This document shows positions 18,165-27,469 of a DNA stretch of 44,188 nt, in pieces; position 1 is the stretch's first letter; every line of letters starts with the position of its first letter. The stretch is from a virus. Taxonomy: Duplodnaviria > Heunggongvirae > Uroviricota > Caudoviricetes. The DNA is taken from IMG/VR virus record IMGVR_UViG_3300045988_019982. The stretch is one strand, 5' to 3'. The translations under genes and the position numbers were made by a program. The notes under the pieces were generated by a model, which was not told the origin of the DNA, ran no database searches, and worked only from the letters and a program-made list of their open reading frames with translations.

Positions 18165-19295
18165 ATGGCCCGGAAGAAAATAACCGACGAACAGTTACAG
18201 GAAGAATTGAACGCCGGAATGAAGAATATCGATATAGCCCGTAAATACGGCATCTCAGACCGCGTTATTCGTATCCGTAAAGCGAAGCTGGCTAAGAAAG
18301 GCGTGGGCCACGGGCGCGACGTTAGCCACCTTGTCCCGGACGGCTACAAGATTAAAGGGACGTCGTCTCTGGTAGACGAGTTCGGCAACACTAAGTTGCA
18401 ATGGGTTAAGACAGACACCGACGCTGAACGTCAGGTCGAGTTGATGAAAGCCGTGATTGAAGGCATGAAGTCAGAGATTACGCCAGTTGCGCCGGCTAAA
18501 GCGACTCGAGCCAAACGCGACGACAAGCTACTCAATCTTTACACGGTATCTGATTTCCATCTCGGTATGCTTGCCTGGGCCGACGAGAGCGGCGACGACT
18601 GGGATATAAAGATTGCGGAAGACCTGTTCTCTCGTTGGTTCGACGCGGCGTTTCAGAAAGCACCGGATGCAGGAACAGGAGTTATTAACCTGCTGGGTGA
18701 TTTCGCGCACTTCGATAGCCTGGATGCCGTTACCCCTGAGTCGCGCCATGTGTTAGACGCAGACACTCGCTACCAGAAACTTGTCCGCTACATGATTCGT
18801 ATGGTCCGCCGTGTTGTTGATATGGCGCTGGTTAAACATAAAACCGTCCGCTTGCTTATCGTGCAAGGGAACCACGACCCTGTAGGGTCTGTATGGCTGG
18901 CGGAAATGTTCACGACTTTATACTCAAACGACAGCCGAGTGATTGTTGACACGTCGCCGGATGTTTACAAGATGGTGCAGCACGGCAAAACGACGCTGTT
19001 CTTCCATCACGGGCATAAAGCACGCTTCGACGCTATCGAACCGGTTATGATTGCCAAGTTCCGCAAAGCGTTCGGGGAGAGTGTCTATAGCTACGCCCAC
19101 GTAGGCCACCTGCACCACCAGAAGATTGTAGAAAGCCGTAACATGATTGTTGAGCAACACCGCACCTTAGCGGCTAAAGACGCATACGCCTCCCGCGGCG
19201 GATGGATGTCAGGCCGCAGTGCAAATGTGATTACTTATAGCGCCGAATATGGCGAGGTCGCACGTTTAACCATTTCTCCGGAGATGCTGGGATGA
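18165..19295 (+). CDS. calcineurin-like metallophosphoesterase with basic, possibly DNA-binding, N-terminal segment
   Basis: N-term IDIARKYGISDRVIRIRKAKL; phosphoesterase motifs LGDFAHFD, QGNHD, FHHGH, VGHLHH. Confidence 0.65.
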   Translation: MARKKITDEQLQEELNAGMKNIDIARKYGISDRVIRIRKAKLAKKGVGHGRDVSHLVPDGYKIKGTSSLVDEFGNTKLQWVKTDTDAERQVELMKAVIEGMKSEITPVAPAKATRAKRDDKLLNLYTVSDFHLGMLAWADESGDDWDIKIAEDLFSRWFDAAFQKAPDAGTGVINLLGDFAHFDSLDAVTPESRHVLDADTRYQKLVRYMIRMVRRVVDMALVKHKTVRLLIVQGNHDPVGSVWLAEMFTTLYSNDSRVIVDTSPDVYKMVQHGKTTLFFHHGHKARFDAIEPVMIAKFRKAFGESVYSYAHVGHLHHQKIVESRNMIVEQHRTLAAKDAYASRGGWMSGRSANVITYSAEYGEVARLTISPEMLG

Positions 19296-19777
19296 AAGAT
19301 ATTGTAATTTTCGATTTAGATGGGACATTGGCGGATGGTACACATCGTTTACACCTGCTGCCGAAAGATAACTACAACGAAACATGGGCGTGGAAGCCAT
19401 TTAACATGGCGTGCAAAGATGATGAGCCAATTAGAGATAATATCGAACTATGTAACGCCCTTAATCGGCGATACGCCGTTATTATTTTAACCGGTCGCAG
19501 TGATGACGCAGAAAAAGAAACCAGAATGTGGTTGCAGCGCCACCGCGTCGAATTTTATCAGCTAATCATGCGCAGCAAACACGACAACAGAAAAGACATC
19601 GTAATTAAAGAAGAGGTGTTGCGCGCTATCGGGCTGGAAAGAATCTTGTGTGCGTTCGATGATTCTCCGGCGGTAATTAAGCACTTCCGTGCCCTCGGCC
19701 TAACAACACACGCAGTCACCGAATATGACTGCAACGGGACCTCTACACACGTAAAACCACACGGGAGCGATAAATAA
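19292..19777 (+). CDS. HAD-superfamily phosphatase
   Basis: Motif I IVIFDLDGTL; motif II IILTGR; later FDDS; ATGA overlap with upstream gene. Confidence 0.65.
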   Translation: MKDIVIFDLDGTLADGTHRLHLLPKDNYNETWAWKPFNMACKDDEPIRDNIELCNALNRRYAVIILTGRSDDAEKETRMWLQRHRVEFYQLIMRSKHDNRKDIVIKEEVLRAIGLERILCAFDDSPAVIKHFRALGLTTHAVTEYDCNGTSTHVKPHGSDK

Positions 19778-20331
19778 TGGCTAAGGTAATTATTCTTAAT
19801 GGCCCGGCGGGTTGTGGGAAAGACACACTCGCTATGGCGCTGGTAGAAATGGGCTTTGCGAAGGGAACCGCCAGTTTCAAGAATCCAATGTTCAATATTG
19901 CTTTGGCAGCGTTGGGCCCGGATGCTTACCGCGAATTTCTCGACGGCTACGACGACCGGGCGCGGAAAGAAAGGCCAGAGGGTTTCCTTAATGGGCTGTC
20001 TCGCCGCCAGTTCATGATTGCCATTTCTGAGCAATTCATTAAACCAGTATTCGGCGATGATTATTTCGGTAAGTATCTTGCAGGAAACTTGCCCGACGGC
20101 GACGAAGTTTTTGTAGTGTCCGACGGTGGGTTCGCCAGCGAAGTAGCCCCTATCGTCGCCGCAGGTCATGATGTAAGAATCGTTCGCTTGCACCGAGACG
20201 GCTATACGTTTGACGGGGATAGCCGCGGTTACCTGTACGATGTTGGTGGTGATGAAGATTATGATGTATACATCATACCCGGTGACGTTAAATCTAACGT
20301 TATAGACATTGCTCTAAAATTAGGCTTGTAA
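19777..20331 (+). CDS. P-loop nucleotide/polynucleotide kinase
   Basis: Walker A ILNGPAGCGKDT near N-terminus; 184 aa; start overlaps HAD stop. Confidence 0.65.
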   Translation: MAKVIILNGPAGCGKDTLAMALVEMGFAKGTASFKNPMFNIALAALGPDAYREFLDGYDDRARKERPEGFLNGLSRRQFMIAISEQFIKPVFGDDYFGKYLAGNLPDGDEVFVVSDGGFASEVAPIVAAGHDVRIVRLHRDGYTFDGDSRGYLYDVGGDEDYDVYIIPGDVKSNVIDIALKLGL

Positions 20332-20336
20332 GAAAA

Positions 20337-20361
20337 AGGCCCCGGAAGGGGCCTTAGTTTT
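20337..20361. terminator. bidirectional rho-independent terminator
   Basis: aaaaAGGCCCCggaaGGGGCCTtagtttt; hairpin near-identical to 8551 and 27688. Confidence 0.7.
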
Positions 20362-21526
20362 ATGCGTAGGTGATACGTTGAATTACGATGGACGACTGGT
20401 ACTGATTGCCTGTGGACTGCCCTTCTATACTTTGGGTAATTGATTCCGGGCCAGATATTTCTGGTGTGACCGCCGTGAGTTCTGCACGTTTCAAACTGAA
20501 AGACATAGCCCCGTTTACCCCGGCCAGAATAGAGTTAATCTCTACCTGCTGTTCGTTGATAAACTTCTGAATCATCGCCATGTCGTACAGCTTACCGGAG
20601 ATAGAGAAGGTGTTAGCTGCGCGGCCGCGTTCCACGAACGCAACGCTACTGTTGCCGAGTTCGAACTGTGCGGACGCGCTGTTATCGTTGGTGATGGTCA
20701 GGCTATCACAACGCAACGGCGTAGAACCGTCGAACACAGAAACGTCAACCGAGGAGAACGGCTCATCACCAAACGTAACAGAGGAGAAATCAGAACCAGA
20801 CGGCGGCTCAGTGAGAATCTCCTGGGTCCGCCCGATAAACGGGAAGCTGCCGGTTACCATCGCATTAACAGCCTGCTCGACAGTGAAACCAGAAACTTCC
20901 ACACCTTTGGTCAGCGTGTACGCGTCAGTCCCGCCACATTGGCCTTTGTACCAGGTGAGAATAGAGAACGTCTTACACTGGCTACCGGTTTCCAGTTTGT
21001 CGCCGGTCTTAGCCGCGGTAGTGGCTGTCTCTGTGGTCAGAGTATGTTGGATACCAGCCCCGGTTACTACCAGTGCCGTTACCGCAGTGACGATAAACGG
21101 TTTAGCGTTATCACCCGTTAAGTCAGTAAAAGCAATCAGGTCGCCTACTTCCACACCGTCAGTAATAAAGCTGCCATCAGCACGGGTGAACGTCTTGCCC
21201 GCCGGTGCGACGGTAATCGACAGACTGGACAGGGAGACACCGGATTGCCACGTAGAGCCTAAAGCCCCGGCTAACCAGTCATCCTGGCTTTTCGAACTAA
21301 GCTCGATAGCATATTCTCCGCTAACCTGCTTGTTACCGGTGCGGATGGATGTAGTTTCGCGGCTGCCGTCCAGTTCGTTGGAGGTCAGCGTGTCGCGGGT
21401 AATAGCAGGAACACCGCCTGTGTTGCGCAACGGCGACCATACCGGGTTAGTTGGTGTTACGCCCGGGGTGACTTCCGCCACATAGAATTGCGCGGTAGTC
21501 GCGCCCTTAAAAGGAGTTGTAGCCAT
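20360..21526 (-). CDS. major tail protein
   Basis: ~388 aa Thr/Ser/Gly-rich, upstream of tail completion genes; ATG at 21526 with AAGAGG SD (track start 21532 is GTG). Confidence 0.6.
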   Translation of the reverse strand: MATTPFKGATTAQFYVAEVTPGVTPTNPVWSPLRNTGGVPAITRDTLTSNELDGSRETTSIRTGNKQVSGEYAIELSSKSQDDWLAGALGSTWQSGVSLSSLSITVAPAGKTFTRADGSFITDGVEVGDLIAFTDLTGDNAKPFIVTAVTALVVTGAGIQHTLTTETATTAAKTGDKLETGSQCKTFSILTWYKGQCGGTDAYTLTKGVEVSGFTVEQAVNAMVTGSFPFIGRTQEILTEPPSGSDFSSVTFGDEPFSSVDVSVFDGSTPLRCDSLTITNDNSASAQFELGNSSVAFVERGRAANTFSISGKLYDMAMIQKFINEQQVEINSILAGVNGAMSFSLKRAELTAVTPEISGPESITQSIEGQSTGNQYQSSIVIQRITYA

Positions 21527-21528
21527 AT

Positions 21529-21942
21529 TCACAGCCTCTTGGTGAATGCAATAAAGTTAATTGACAATGGTCGTTTGGCCCATCCGTTTTCTACAATCAG
21601 CGGCCCCAGGCTAACCGATTGAACCTCGGCGCAGATGTCGTTACGTGAAAATGACTTACCTGCTTTAAACGCCGTGTTGAGTAAGTCTGCCATTTTATTG
21701 ATTGGCGCGCTACCTTTCACCGATGCGTAGTTAATGTCGACCTGATAAACACCTGAGCGTTGCTCGGTGAAGAATAGGTCAGCCTGTTCCGTATCCGCAA
21801 GTAGCATGTAACTTGCCAGATACGGTGTATCGGTAGAAGTCGGCGCGTCAATGTTTTCAAGCGCAACCTTGATGCCGTTGGCGGCTCCGAAGGCTACCAG
21901 CGGCACATCAAACGCTTTGGTTAAGTCCTCAAAGTAGCCCAT
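21529..21942 (-). CDS. tail completion / head-tail joining protein (positional)
   Basis: 137 aa in compact - strand structural operon. Confidence 0.45.
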   Translation of the reverse strand: MGYFEDLTKAFDVPLVAFGAANGIKVALENIDAPTSTDTPYLASYMLLADTEQADLFFTEQRSGVYQVDINYASVKGSAPINKMADLLNTAFKAGKSFSRNDICAEVQSVSLGPLIVENGWAKRPLSINFIAFTKRL

Positions 21943-22337
21943 TATTTCACCTTGTTGGCTTCTTCATTAATGAGTTGCTGGAAGCGGGACACGTTAGTCC
22001 TAACCATCCCGGCTGGGGCCTGTTGCGACCAGCCATACTCCAGCCGTTGAGCATACGGCAGATTGTTTGTCAGCGTGAACTCGCGCCAGTCGGTGGCTTT
22101 CAGCACGAAACTTGTAGCGTTTCCGGTTGCCGTGTTTCCTGATTTATCCGTAGCGTCTGTAGTTCCGATAGCAGGAATACCGCCGGACGCCATCCAGTTC
22201 ATACGAAAGCGGCCCGTATCTACCGGACTCGCCTTTATGATAGCGGAAAACAGCTTGATAGACACCTGACGCATAACCTTCTCAGGGTTCTTCTTCGCCT
22301 TTTCTACGAACTTAGAGACATCAAGCGCGAAACTCAT
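21942..22337 (-). CDS. head-tail joining structural protein (positional)
   Basis: 131 aa; overlapping stop/start with neighbours. Confidence 0.45.
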   Translation of the reverse strand: MSFALDVSKFVEKAKKNPEKVMRQVSIKLFSAIIKASPVDTGRFRMNWMASGGIPAIGTTDATDKSGNTATGNATSFVLKATDWREFTLTNNLPYAQRLEYGWSQQAPAGMVRTNVSRFQQLINEEANKVK

Positions 22338-22693
22338 TTTCTCACCTGAATAAAATACGCCACGACATCATCGTTAACCATCTTCTTCTCGATAGCTACG
22401 ACAGACCATTGCTCGCCGCCGAATTGCACCTTGTCTTCCATTTTCGGGACGACGCTGTAATCGGATTTAACAATCATGTCACCCGCCTGAATCGTCGTAC
22501 CGTTCACCACTCCGGCGTTTACCGGAACCGGAACCGCCTTCAACGGCAACACTTCATCCGCTGACCATACGTACTCACCGAGAACTTCATCCCATACTTT
22601 CGAGCCCGCGCGAACCAGAGATACCGTGCTACCGAATTTGGTTAGCAGGCGTGTACCCACGCCTTGCATACGCTTACTAAAGGCGGTGCTCAT
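22334..22693 (-). CDS. head-tail adaptor structural protein (positional)
   Basis: ATG at 22693 preferred (TAATG overlap with upstream stop) over track start 22747. Confidence 0.45.
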   Translation of the reverse strand: MSTAFSKRMQGVGTRLLTKFGSTVSLVRAGSKVWDEVLGEYVWSADEVLPLKAVPVPVNAGVVNGTTIQAGDMIVKSDYSVVPKMEDKVQFGGEQWSVVAIEKKMVNDDVVAYFIQVRK

Positions 22694-23307
22694 TACGCAG
22701 CCTCCAGTCTTGAAATAACCAGTAATGCGGATGGTGCCGTGCCCCATGCGGTTACGGTAGCCGCTTGTGGGTATACACCACCGAAGTCACTCCCGGCGCT
22801 ATCCCGCATAATCTGAACGGCAAACGTCTGGCCTGCTGTTGCGTTAATAACGACGCGGGATTCAATCGGAATTGTTACATCGGCGTTTACCAGTTTTGTA
22901 GCTGCAGGCGAACCGTACTGAGCGCCGTTTACCAGAATGCGTGATAACAAAATAGACGTGCCGCTTGCCCCAGTGCGCCCGGCCTGTAACTTGATGCGAA
23001 CGGCGTAGTTACCTGCAGTGTTGAACGTAACCAGCCCCGCAGCATTAATCATTACAGGGTCAGATGAGCCCCCCTGAGCAGAGCCAAAAGTTAACTGCAA
23101 CGCCGTGTCCACTGCGGTAGGCGCTTGTGCCGCGGTCGACGCGGCGCGGAGAACTTCAACCTCTTTAACACCGGGAGTGGCGTAAATAGGTGAGTCCGCC
23201 ATCTGCGTCATTACCTCGCGTAGCTTCGCGGGTGTAATAGCTCCGGTGGTGTTATCCGGAAGATTCGCACCGATAAGGGTAAACATCTCTGTTTTAGTCT
23301 TCGCCAT
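22693..23307 (-). CDS. virion structural protein (204 aa)
   Basis: ATG start; position between capsid and tail genes. Confidence 0.45.
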   Translation of the reverse strand: MAKTKTEMFTLIGANLPDNTTGAITPAKLREVMTQMADSPIYATPGVKEVEVLRAASTAAQAPTAVDTALQLTFGSAQGGSSDPVMINAAGLVTFNTAGNYAVRIKLQAGRTGASGTSILLSRILVNGAQYGSPAATKLVNADVTIPIESRVVINATAGQTFAVQIMRDSAGSDFGGVYPQAATVTAWGTAPSALLVISRLEAA

Positions 23308-23309
23308 TT

Positions 23310-23822
23310 CTAGCCCCGGTACACGTTAAACGAGAAGCCATTGTTAAGACCACCGCACAGCAACGGGCGCAAGGCGTCATCGGCTGCGGTGATTGATGTA
23401 GTAGCGCCAGAGCTGCCGTTGTTGAAGTAGGTCACGGTCACTGCACCTTCTACGCGCTCGGTCTGCACAGAGCGACCGTCTGAGTTAGCTCGTACCTCGG
23501 TACCCGCACCATACGTGGCGGACGCGATTACCTGCGCAAGAATTACCTGCTTCGGAATGGCATTGTTCGCTACAGGGAACCCGTTTAGCGTTACGCCAGT
23601 GCGCGGGTACGCAAGAGACTGTTCGGCGGATACACGGCGACCGCACATCTGCGGTTCCGCAAGCCCGGCATAAGTAGCGCCGTTGCGCAAGGCCACCTCT
23701 GCTGCGGTATCGTCTTCCGGCAGCTCAAGGCCATAATTAGCCGCTAACGCGCGGGCGTCAGCCAGGCTAACGTAACTGTCAGCGCCGGGTACTATTGACC
23801 CATCTTCCACGATTAGCGGCAT
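23310..23822 (-). CDS. virion structural protein (170 aa)
   Basis: ATG start; structural operon. Confidence 0.45.
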   Translation of the reverse strand: MPLIVEDGSIVPGADSYVSLADARALAANYGLELPEDDTAAEVALRNGATYAGLAEPQMCGRRVSAEQSLAYPRTGVTLNGFPVANNAIPKQVILAQVIASATYGAGTEVRANSDGRSVQTERVEGAVTVTYFNNGSSGATTSITAADDALRPLLCGGLNNGFSFNVYRG

Positions 23823-23825
23823 AAA

Positions 23826-24005
23826 TTATTCCTCTGACTTACGGCGACGACGCTTAGTGCCACCGCCGTTGTTGTGCGCTTCTTCGTTGTCCGGTTGCGT
23901 CGCAACCAGTTCATCCGCTTCTACAACACCGCGAACTGGCATCGCCTGACCGTCAACAATATCAACGTGGGTGTACTTTTCGCGGATTACGTAATTATCT
24001 GCCAT
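23826..24005 (-). CDS. small basic-tailed protein (59 aa)
   Basis: Not in track; AAGGAA SD then ATG; MADNYVIREKYTHVDIVDGQAMPVRGVV...GGGTKRRRRKSEE. Confidence 0.4.
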   Translation of the reverse strand: MADNYVIREKYTHVDIVDGQAMPVRGVVEADELVATQPDNEEAHNNGGGTKRRRRKSEE

Positions 24006-24041
24006 GACATTTCCTTATTACGGCCCCGAAGGGCCGTTGTA

Positions 24042-24383
24042 TTAAGACACAGTTGCTACGGTGCTGCTGGAGATAATATTACCATACACATCGTGAACAA
24101 CCACTTTATACGTGCCGGAATCGGCGGTAGTGGTTGACGCCTTCGCATAGGTAGCTGCGGTAGCCCCGGCGATGGCGTTGTTGTTCTTGAACCACTGGTA
24201 AGAATACGGCTCCAGACCGCCCGTTACGGTTACGGTCAGTGTCATGGTTTCACCTGCGGTAACGGAGGTAGTAGCCGCCAGCGCGGAAGAGAAAGACGCT
24301 GGCGAGATATTTGCCATATCGATTTTAGCACCCACGGTATCGGCGGACACACCGGTAATACGACGTTTAATTACATCAACCAT
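24042..24383 (-). CDS. Ig-like domain protein (possible head decoration)
   Basis: 113 aa; beta-rich TLTVTVTGGLEPYSYQWFKNN...TYKVVVHDVYGN typical of Ig-like folds. Confidence 0.5.
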   Translation of the reverse strand: MVDVIKRRITGVSADTVGAKIDMANISPASFSSALAATTSVTAGETMTLTVTVTGGLEPYSYQWFKNNNAIAGATAATYAKASTTTADSGTYKVVVHDVYGNIISSSTVATVS

Positions 24384-24395
24384 TTTTAAGCTCCT

Positions 24396-24695
24396 TTAGC
24401 TTACGGTTCCTGCGTTTTTAAGCGCAGTCAACAGATTTGCTACGGTAGTGCGCAGCGCGGTAACATCAGTTCGGAGTTTGTTGTACTCCGCTACAAGAGC
24501 ATCGAACTCGGTCTTAGTTGGAGCATCAGCGGACTGCACCCCCGCACCAGCGGTAATGGCCTCAGGCGCTGCTACAGTAGCTGACTTTTTAACGCCACCA
24601 ATTACGCTGGTAGTAGCAGGCGTCACTGGGATATCAAAGTCGCCGAAATCGACATTCTGAAGGCTGCGCGGCAAGCCTTTTCCGGTCTTAGCCAT
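24396..24695 (-). CDS. hypothetical head-associated protein (99 aa)
   Basis: Immediately downstream of major capsid gene; helical C-terminus. Confidence 0.45.
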   Translation of the reverse strand: MAKTGKGLPRSLQNVDFGDFDIPVTPATTSVIGGVKKSATVAAPEAITAGAGVQSADAPTKTEFDALVAEYNKLRTDVTALRTTVANLLTALKNAGTVS

Positions 24696-24754
24696 AATTT
24701 ACCTCTTAGTAAATGAAAAGAGGGACCGAAGTCCCTCTCGATTATATCTTAACC

Positions 24755-25804
24755 TTAAGCCCCGACACCAGTTACCAGGAAGGCAATCGGTACGTGCTTA
24801 CGGTCAACCACACGGTTCCAGTTGGAGGCGTTCGCCAGGTCCTGCCAGGAGGCAGAACGTGCGGCAGTCTCGGTTCCGTTGCCGGTGATTACCGCGCTGG
24901 TGAAGCTGTAGCCCAGTGGGTGCAGCAACCAGGTCTTACGGGTCCACAGGGTTTCGACGCCGCCGCCGTTACCACGGGATGCTTCGCGCTCATATTCCAG
25001 CGGGTTAGACGGGGAACCTTCACCGTAACCGATAGCACCGTTGCCGAAGATGATGGAGATGAACTTACGGCTGCCGCCAGTACCAACTACAGTCATGCTG
25101 TCATCAACAATCACACGGTAGCCCTGGTAGGTGGCGAACAAGGTGTCGTTGTCCGCATCTTTGATGTAGTCAATAAGCTGCTGCTTACGTGCCTGCGCAT
25201 AAACGAAGCTGTGCATAGCAATAGCGCCCAGCACTTCACCGCCGTTGCCCATCAGCGCATCGCCCATAGTCTGGGTAGCGTCGATGAACGCGCCGGGATC
25301 GAAGCCCAGAGTAGCGGACACGTCGATTACCATGTCGTTCTGCTCGTGGTATTCGTCGGTAGCGGCTACGTTGTCGTTGTACAGACCGAGCGCGGTAGCA
25401 ATCAGACGGCGTTGTGCCTGTCGCTGCCAGAAGTTATCCAGACGGGCCGCTACGGATCTCAGAGGGTCTTGGCGGGTAAGTTCAACAGTCAGGTCAGCCT
25501 GACCGAAACCTTCGTTCAGGTACGCAACGCGGGCCATCATCTCACCAGTCTGCACATTACGCGGGGTTGCGATATCCTGATACACATCGTTCGAGTAGTT
25601 CGGCTCGATAGACGTATCAATCGCTTTCCAGAAAGGGATGTTGGCGATGTTAGATGGACCGCGGGCAATCTCGGCAGCGTATGGAGTCTGGGTAAGGATA
25701 CCGGACTGGAAGAACGCAGTTTTTTCCACCGGGTCTTCTGTCATGTAAGACAGAATTACCGATTCTTTACCAGTTACGATATCGCCAATAGTAGTAATTG
25801 CCAT
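24755..25804 (-). CDS. major capsid protein
   Basis: 349 aa directly after scaffold gene; size and position typical of HK97-fold capsid proteins. Confidence 0.75.
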   Translation of the reverse strand: MAITTIGDIVTGKESVILSYMTEDPVEKTAFFQSGILTQTPYAAEIARGPSNIANIPFWKAIDTSIEPNYSNDVYQDIATPRNVQTGEMMARVAYLNEGFGQADLTVELTRQDPLRSVAARLDNFWQRQAQRRLIATALGLYNDNVAATDEYHEQNDMVIDVSATLGFDPGAFIDATQTMGDALMGNGGEVLGAIAMHSFVYAQARKQQLIDYIKDADNDTLFATYQGYRVIVDDSMTVVGTGGSRKFISIIFGNGAIGYGEGSPSNPLEYEREASRGNGGGVETLWTRKTWLLHPLGYSFTSAVITGNGTETAARSASWQDLANASNWNRVVDRKHVPIAFLVTGVGA

Positions 25805-26508
25805 TATTTTTTCCTCAGGGCTTTAAGTTGCCGTTCAAATTCGGCAGGGTTCGATTCGTACAGAGCGATACGCTCCGCTTCACTCATGTCTTTAAACGCT
25901 GGTGCGGCCCCGCCGCCTTTGCTACCGGAAGCCCCGCCGCCGGAAGCTGCATTTGCTTTAATCAAATGCGAAAACGCTTTGTGTTCACGCAGATATTTGC
26001 GGAACTGTTCCGGGTCAGTCGTGATTACGTTGCCGTCTGCACCAACAAACTTAGTAACCACATCATCGCCTTCGAACTCAGTCTTAACGAACGGTGCAAG
26101 AATGTCCACTGCTTCCGGGGTGATGAAGTCACCCGCGAAAGAGCCTAACACTGCCTTACGTTCGCTGCCGAGGATGCGCTCTGCCATTTTAGAGATGCGG
26201 CCGTCTTTCTCGGCTAACACCGGGTCATACTGGCTACGAATCGTTTTTTCGAACTCGTCCATCTTACCAGCAGCTTTTAACGCCTCCTGGTGTGCGCGCT
26301 GCCGTTCTTCTTCGGCCTCTTTTGCTTTACGGGCGGCTTCTTTCTTCTCCGCCAGCAATGCTTCCTGATTGGCCTTAAGCCCGGCTACTTCTTTCTCAAT
26401 AAGCGCCTGAACTTCTTCGGCAGTGAACATTTTCAGCGCGTCACCGCCACCAGCTTTATCTTCTGCCCCAGCTTCTTCCTGGAACGGATAACGTAAAAAA
26501 CGATTCAT
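25804..26508 (-). CDS. capsid scaffolding protein
   Basis: Charged helical sequence (EKEVAGLKANQEALLAEKKEAARKAKEAEEERQRAHQEALKAAGK); ATG at 26508 preferred over TTG 26562. Confidence 0.65.
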   Translation of the reverse strand: MNRFLRYPFQEEAGAEDKAGGGDALKMFTAEEVQALIEKEVAGLKANQEALLAEKKEAARKAKEAEEERQRAHQEALKAAGKMDEFEKTIRSQYDPVLAEKDGRISKMAERILGSERKAVLGSFAGDFITPEAVDILAPFVKTEFEGDDVVTKFVGADGNVITTDPEQFRKYLREHKAFSHLIKANAASGGGASGSKGGGAAPAFKDMSEAERIALYESNPAEFERQLKALRKK

Positions 26509-26590
26509 AGTCAGTATGTCCCCTGGACGTTGGAACCCGGGCCACCCGGATTTACATGTCAAGAATAAATTATTCCAACATGCAAGGCAA

Positions 26591-26854
26591 CTATTCCAGA
26601 ATATTCCTCACGTAATCCTGCAACATGAACACTTTCAGCCTCAGTTGCCGTACACATTCGGCGTTCTGAACGTCGATAGCTAAATCCTCGTCCGCGTCTC
26701 TACTTGGCTGCGCCAGTTTGCAAGGCGGCTGCATCATCGTCGTATCCGGGGATGGAATTGGCGTTTGCGACGGCGCGGGACTTGAGCAGGACGCGAGCAT
26801 CGTCGAAAGTGCACACGCTGCGACCAGGCGTTTTAATATACTTAACGACTTCAC
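26591..26854 (-). CDS. o-spanin (Rz1-like lipoprotein)
   Basis: Lipobox MLASC after ~22-aa signal, Pro-rich mature part; overlaps i-spanin in another frame; GTG start. Confidence 0.55.
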   Translation of the reverse strand: MKSLSILKRLVAACALSTMLASCSSPAPSQTPIPSPDTTMMQPPCKLAQPSRDADEDLAIDVQNAECVRQLRLKVFMLQDYVRNILE

Positions 26855-27086
26855 GGGTAATCACCTCTGATTTCGTCTTACCTTCGTTGTCAGCGGCTGC
26901 GGCCTTTGATTCGTCCTGCTGCTGCCGTTGTGCTTTCTTCGCTAACTCAGTCTGTGCTTTCTGTTGTTGCTGAGAAACGAGATTCGCCCGACCTTCGTTC
27001 CAGCCGCTGCGGTATTGAAAGTAGCCGTGTGCGTATAACAGGATGATGAAACATGCCCCCGCTACGACAGTTGCTTTAAGATTCAT
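26700..27086 (-). CDS. i-spanin (Rz-like)
   Basis: N-terminal TM helix (VVAGACFIILLYAHGYF), Gln-rich coiled coil; AAGGAG SD; o-spanin overlaps it. Confidence 0.65.
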   Translation of the reverse strand: MNLKATVVAGACFIILLYAHGYFQYRSGWNEGRANLVSQQQQKAQTELAKKAQRQQQDESKAAAADNEGKTKSEVITREVVKYIKTPGRSVCTFDDARVLLKSRAVANANSIPGYDDDAAALQTGAAK

Positions 27087-27310
27087 GTTTCTCCTTTCTA
27101 GATAAGTAAAGCCCCGCCGTAAAGCGGGGCGCTAGTCCTTATCATTTAAACATAGAAACGGCGTAATCTCAGTAAACCAGTTACTTTTTACACAAGCAAT
27201 AGAGTATGGCCCTTCCGAACGCGTCAGCGTAACTACACTCAGGACTTACGTCCCGCTCCGTTACCTGCCCGCGCCGCGGTCGCTTGTTCATACTTCACAA
27301 GCTCAGGTGG

Positions 27311-27353
27311 AGCTTAGCACATTTTCAGTGAAAAGTCAACTATTCGAATAGTT
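27311..27353 (-). promoter_or_regulatory. candidate spanin promoter with palindrome AACTATTCGAATAGTT
   Basis: On - strand TTGACT-N17-TAAGCT; 16-bp perfect palindrome at 27338-27353 overlaps the -35. Confidence 0.35.
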
Positions 27354-27405
27354 TATTCCAACATTTACAATTCGGTGGAATAACTGGAATAGGTAAATAA
27401 ATAGT

Positions 27406-27435
27406 TTGCAGACACCAACATAATAGGGTACTATT
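27406..27435 (+). promoter_or_regulatory. promoter copy B (TTGCAG-N17-TACTAT) with AATAG-ggta-CTATT repeat
   Basis: ttgcagacaccaacataatagggtactattca; core identical to copy A. Confidence 0.6.
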
Positions 27436-27469
27436 CATTACATCGAAACGAGAGATGAGGAATTTAAAG

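Noticed and set aside
20580-21485. 301-aa + strand ORF inside the major tail protein gene
   Set aside because: Antisense to a positionally supported structural gene; Ser/Pro/Val-rich nonsense-like composition; no independent start signals.
24713-26368. 551-aa ORF on the + strand spanning the capsid and scaffold genes
   Set aside because: Antisense to two well-supported structural genes, no SD, low-complexity translation (runs of V, R, S, A); typical antisense artefact of GC-rich coding DNA.
26565-27365. 12-mer ttattccaacat shared between 26569-26580 and 27354-27365 and clustered TATTCC/GGAATA hexamers as candidate iterons
   Set aside because: Chance 12-mer matches are expected many times in a 44-kb genome and the hexamers do not form a regularly spaced array; not enough to call iterons.
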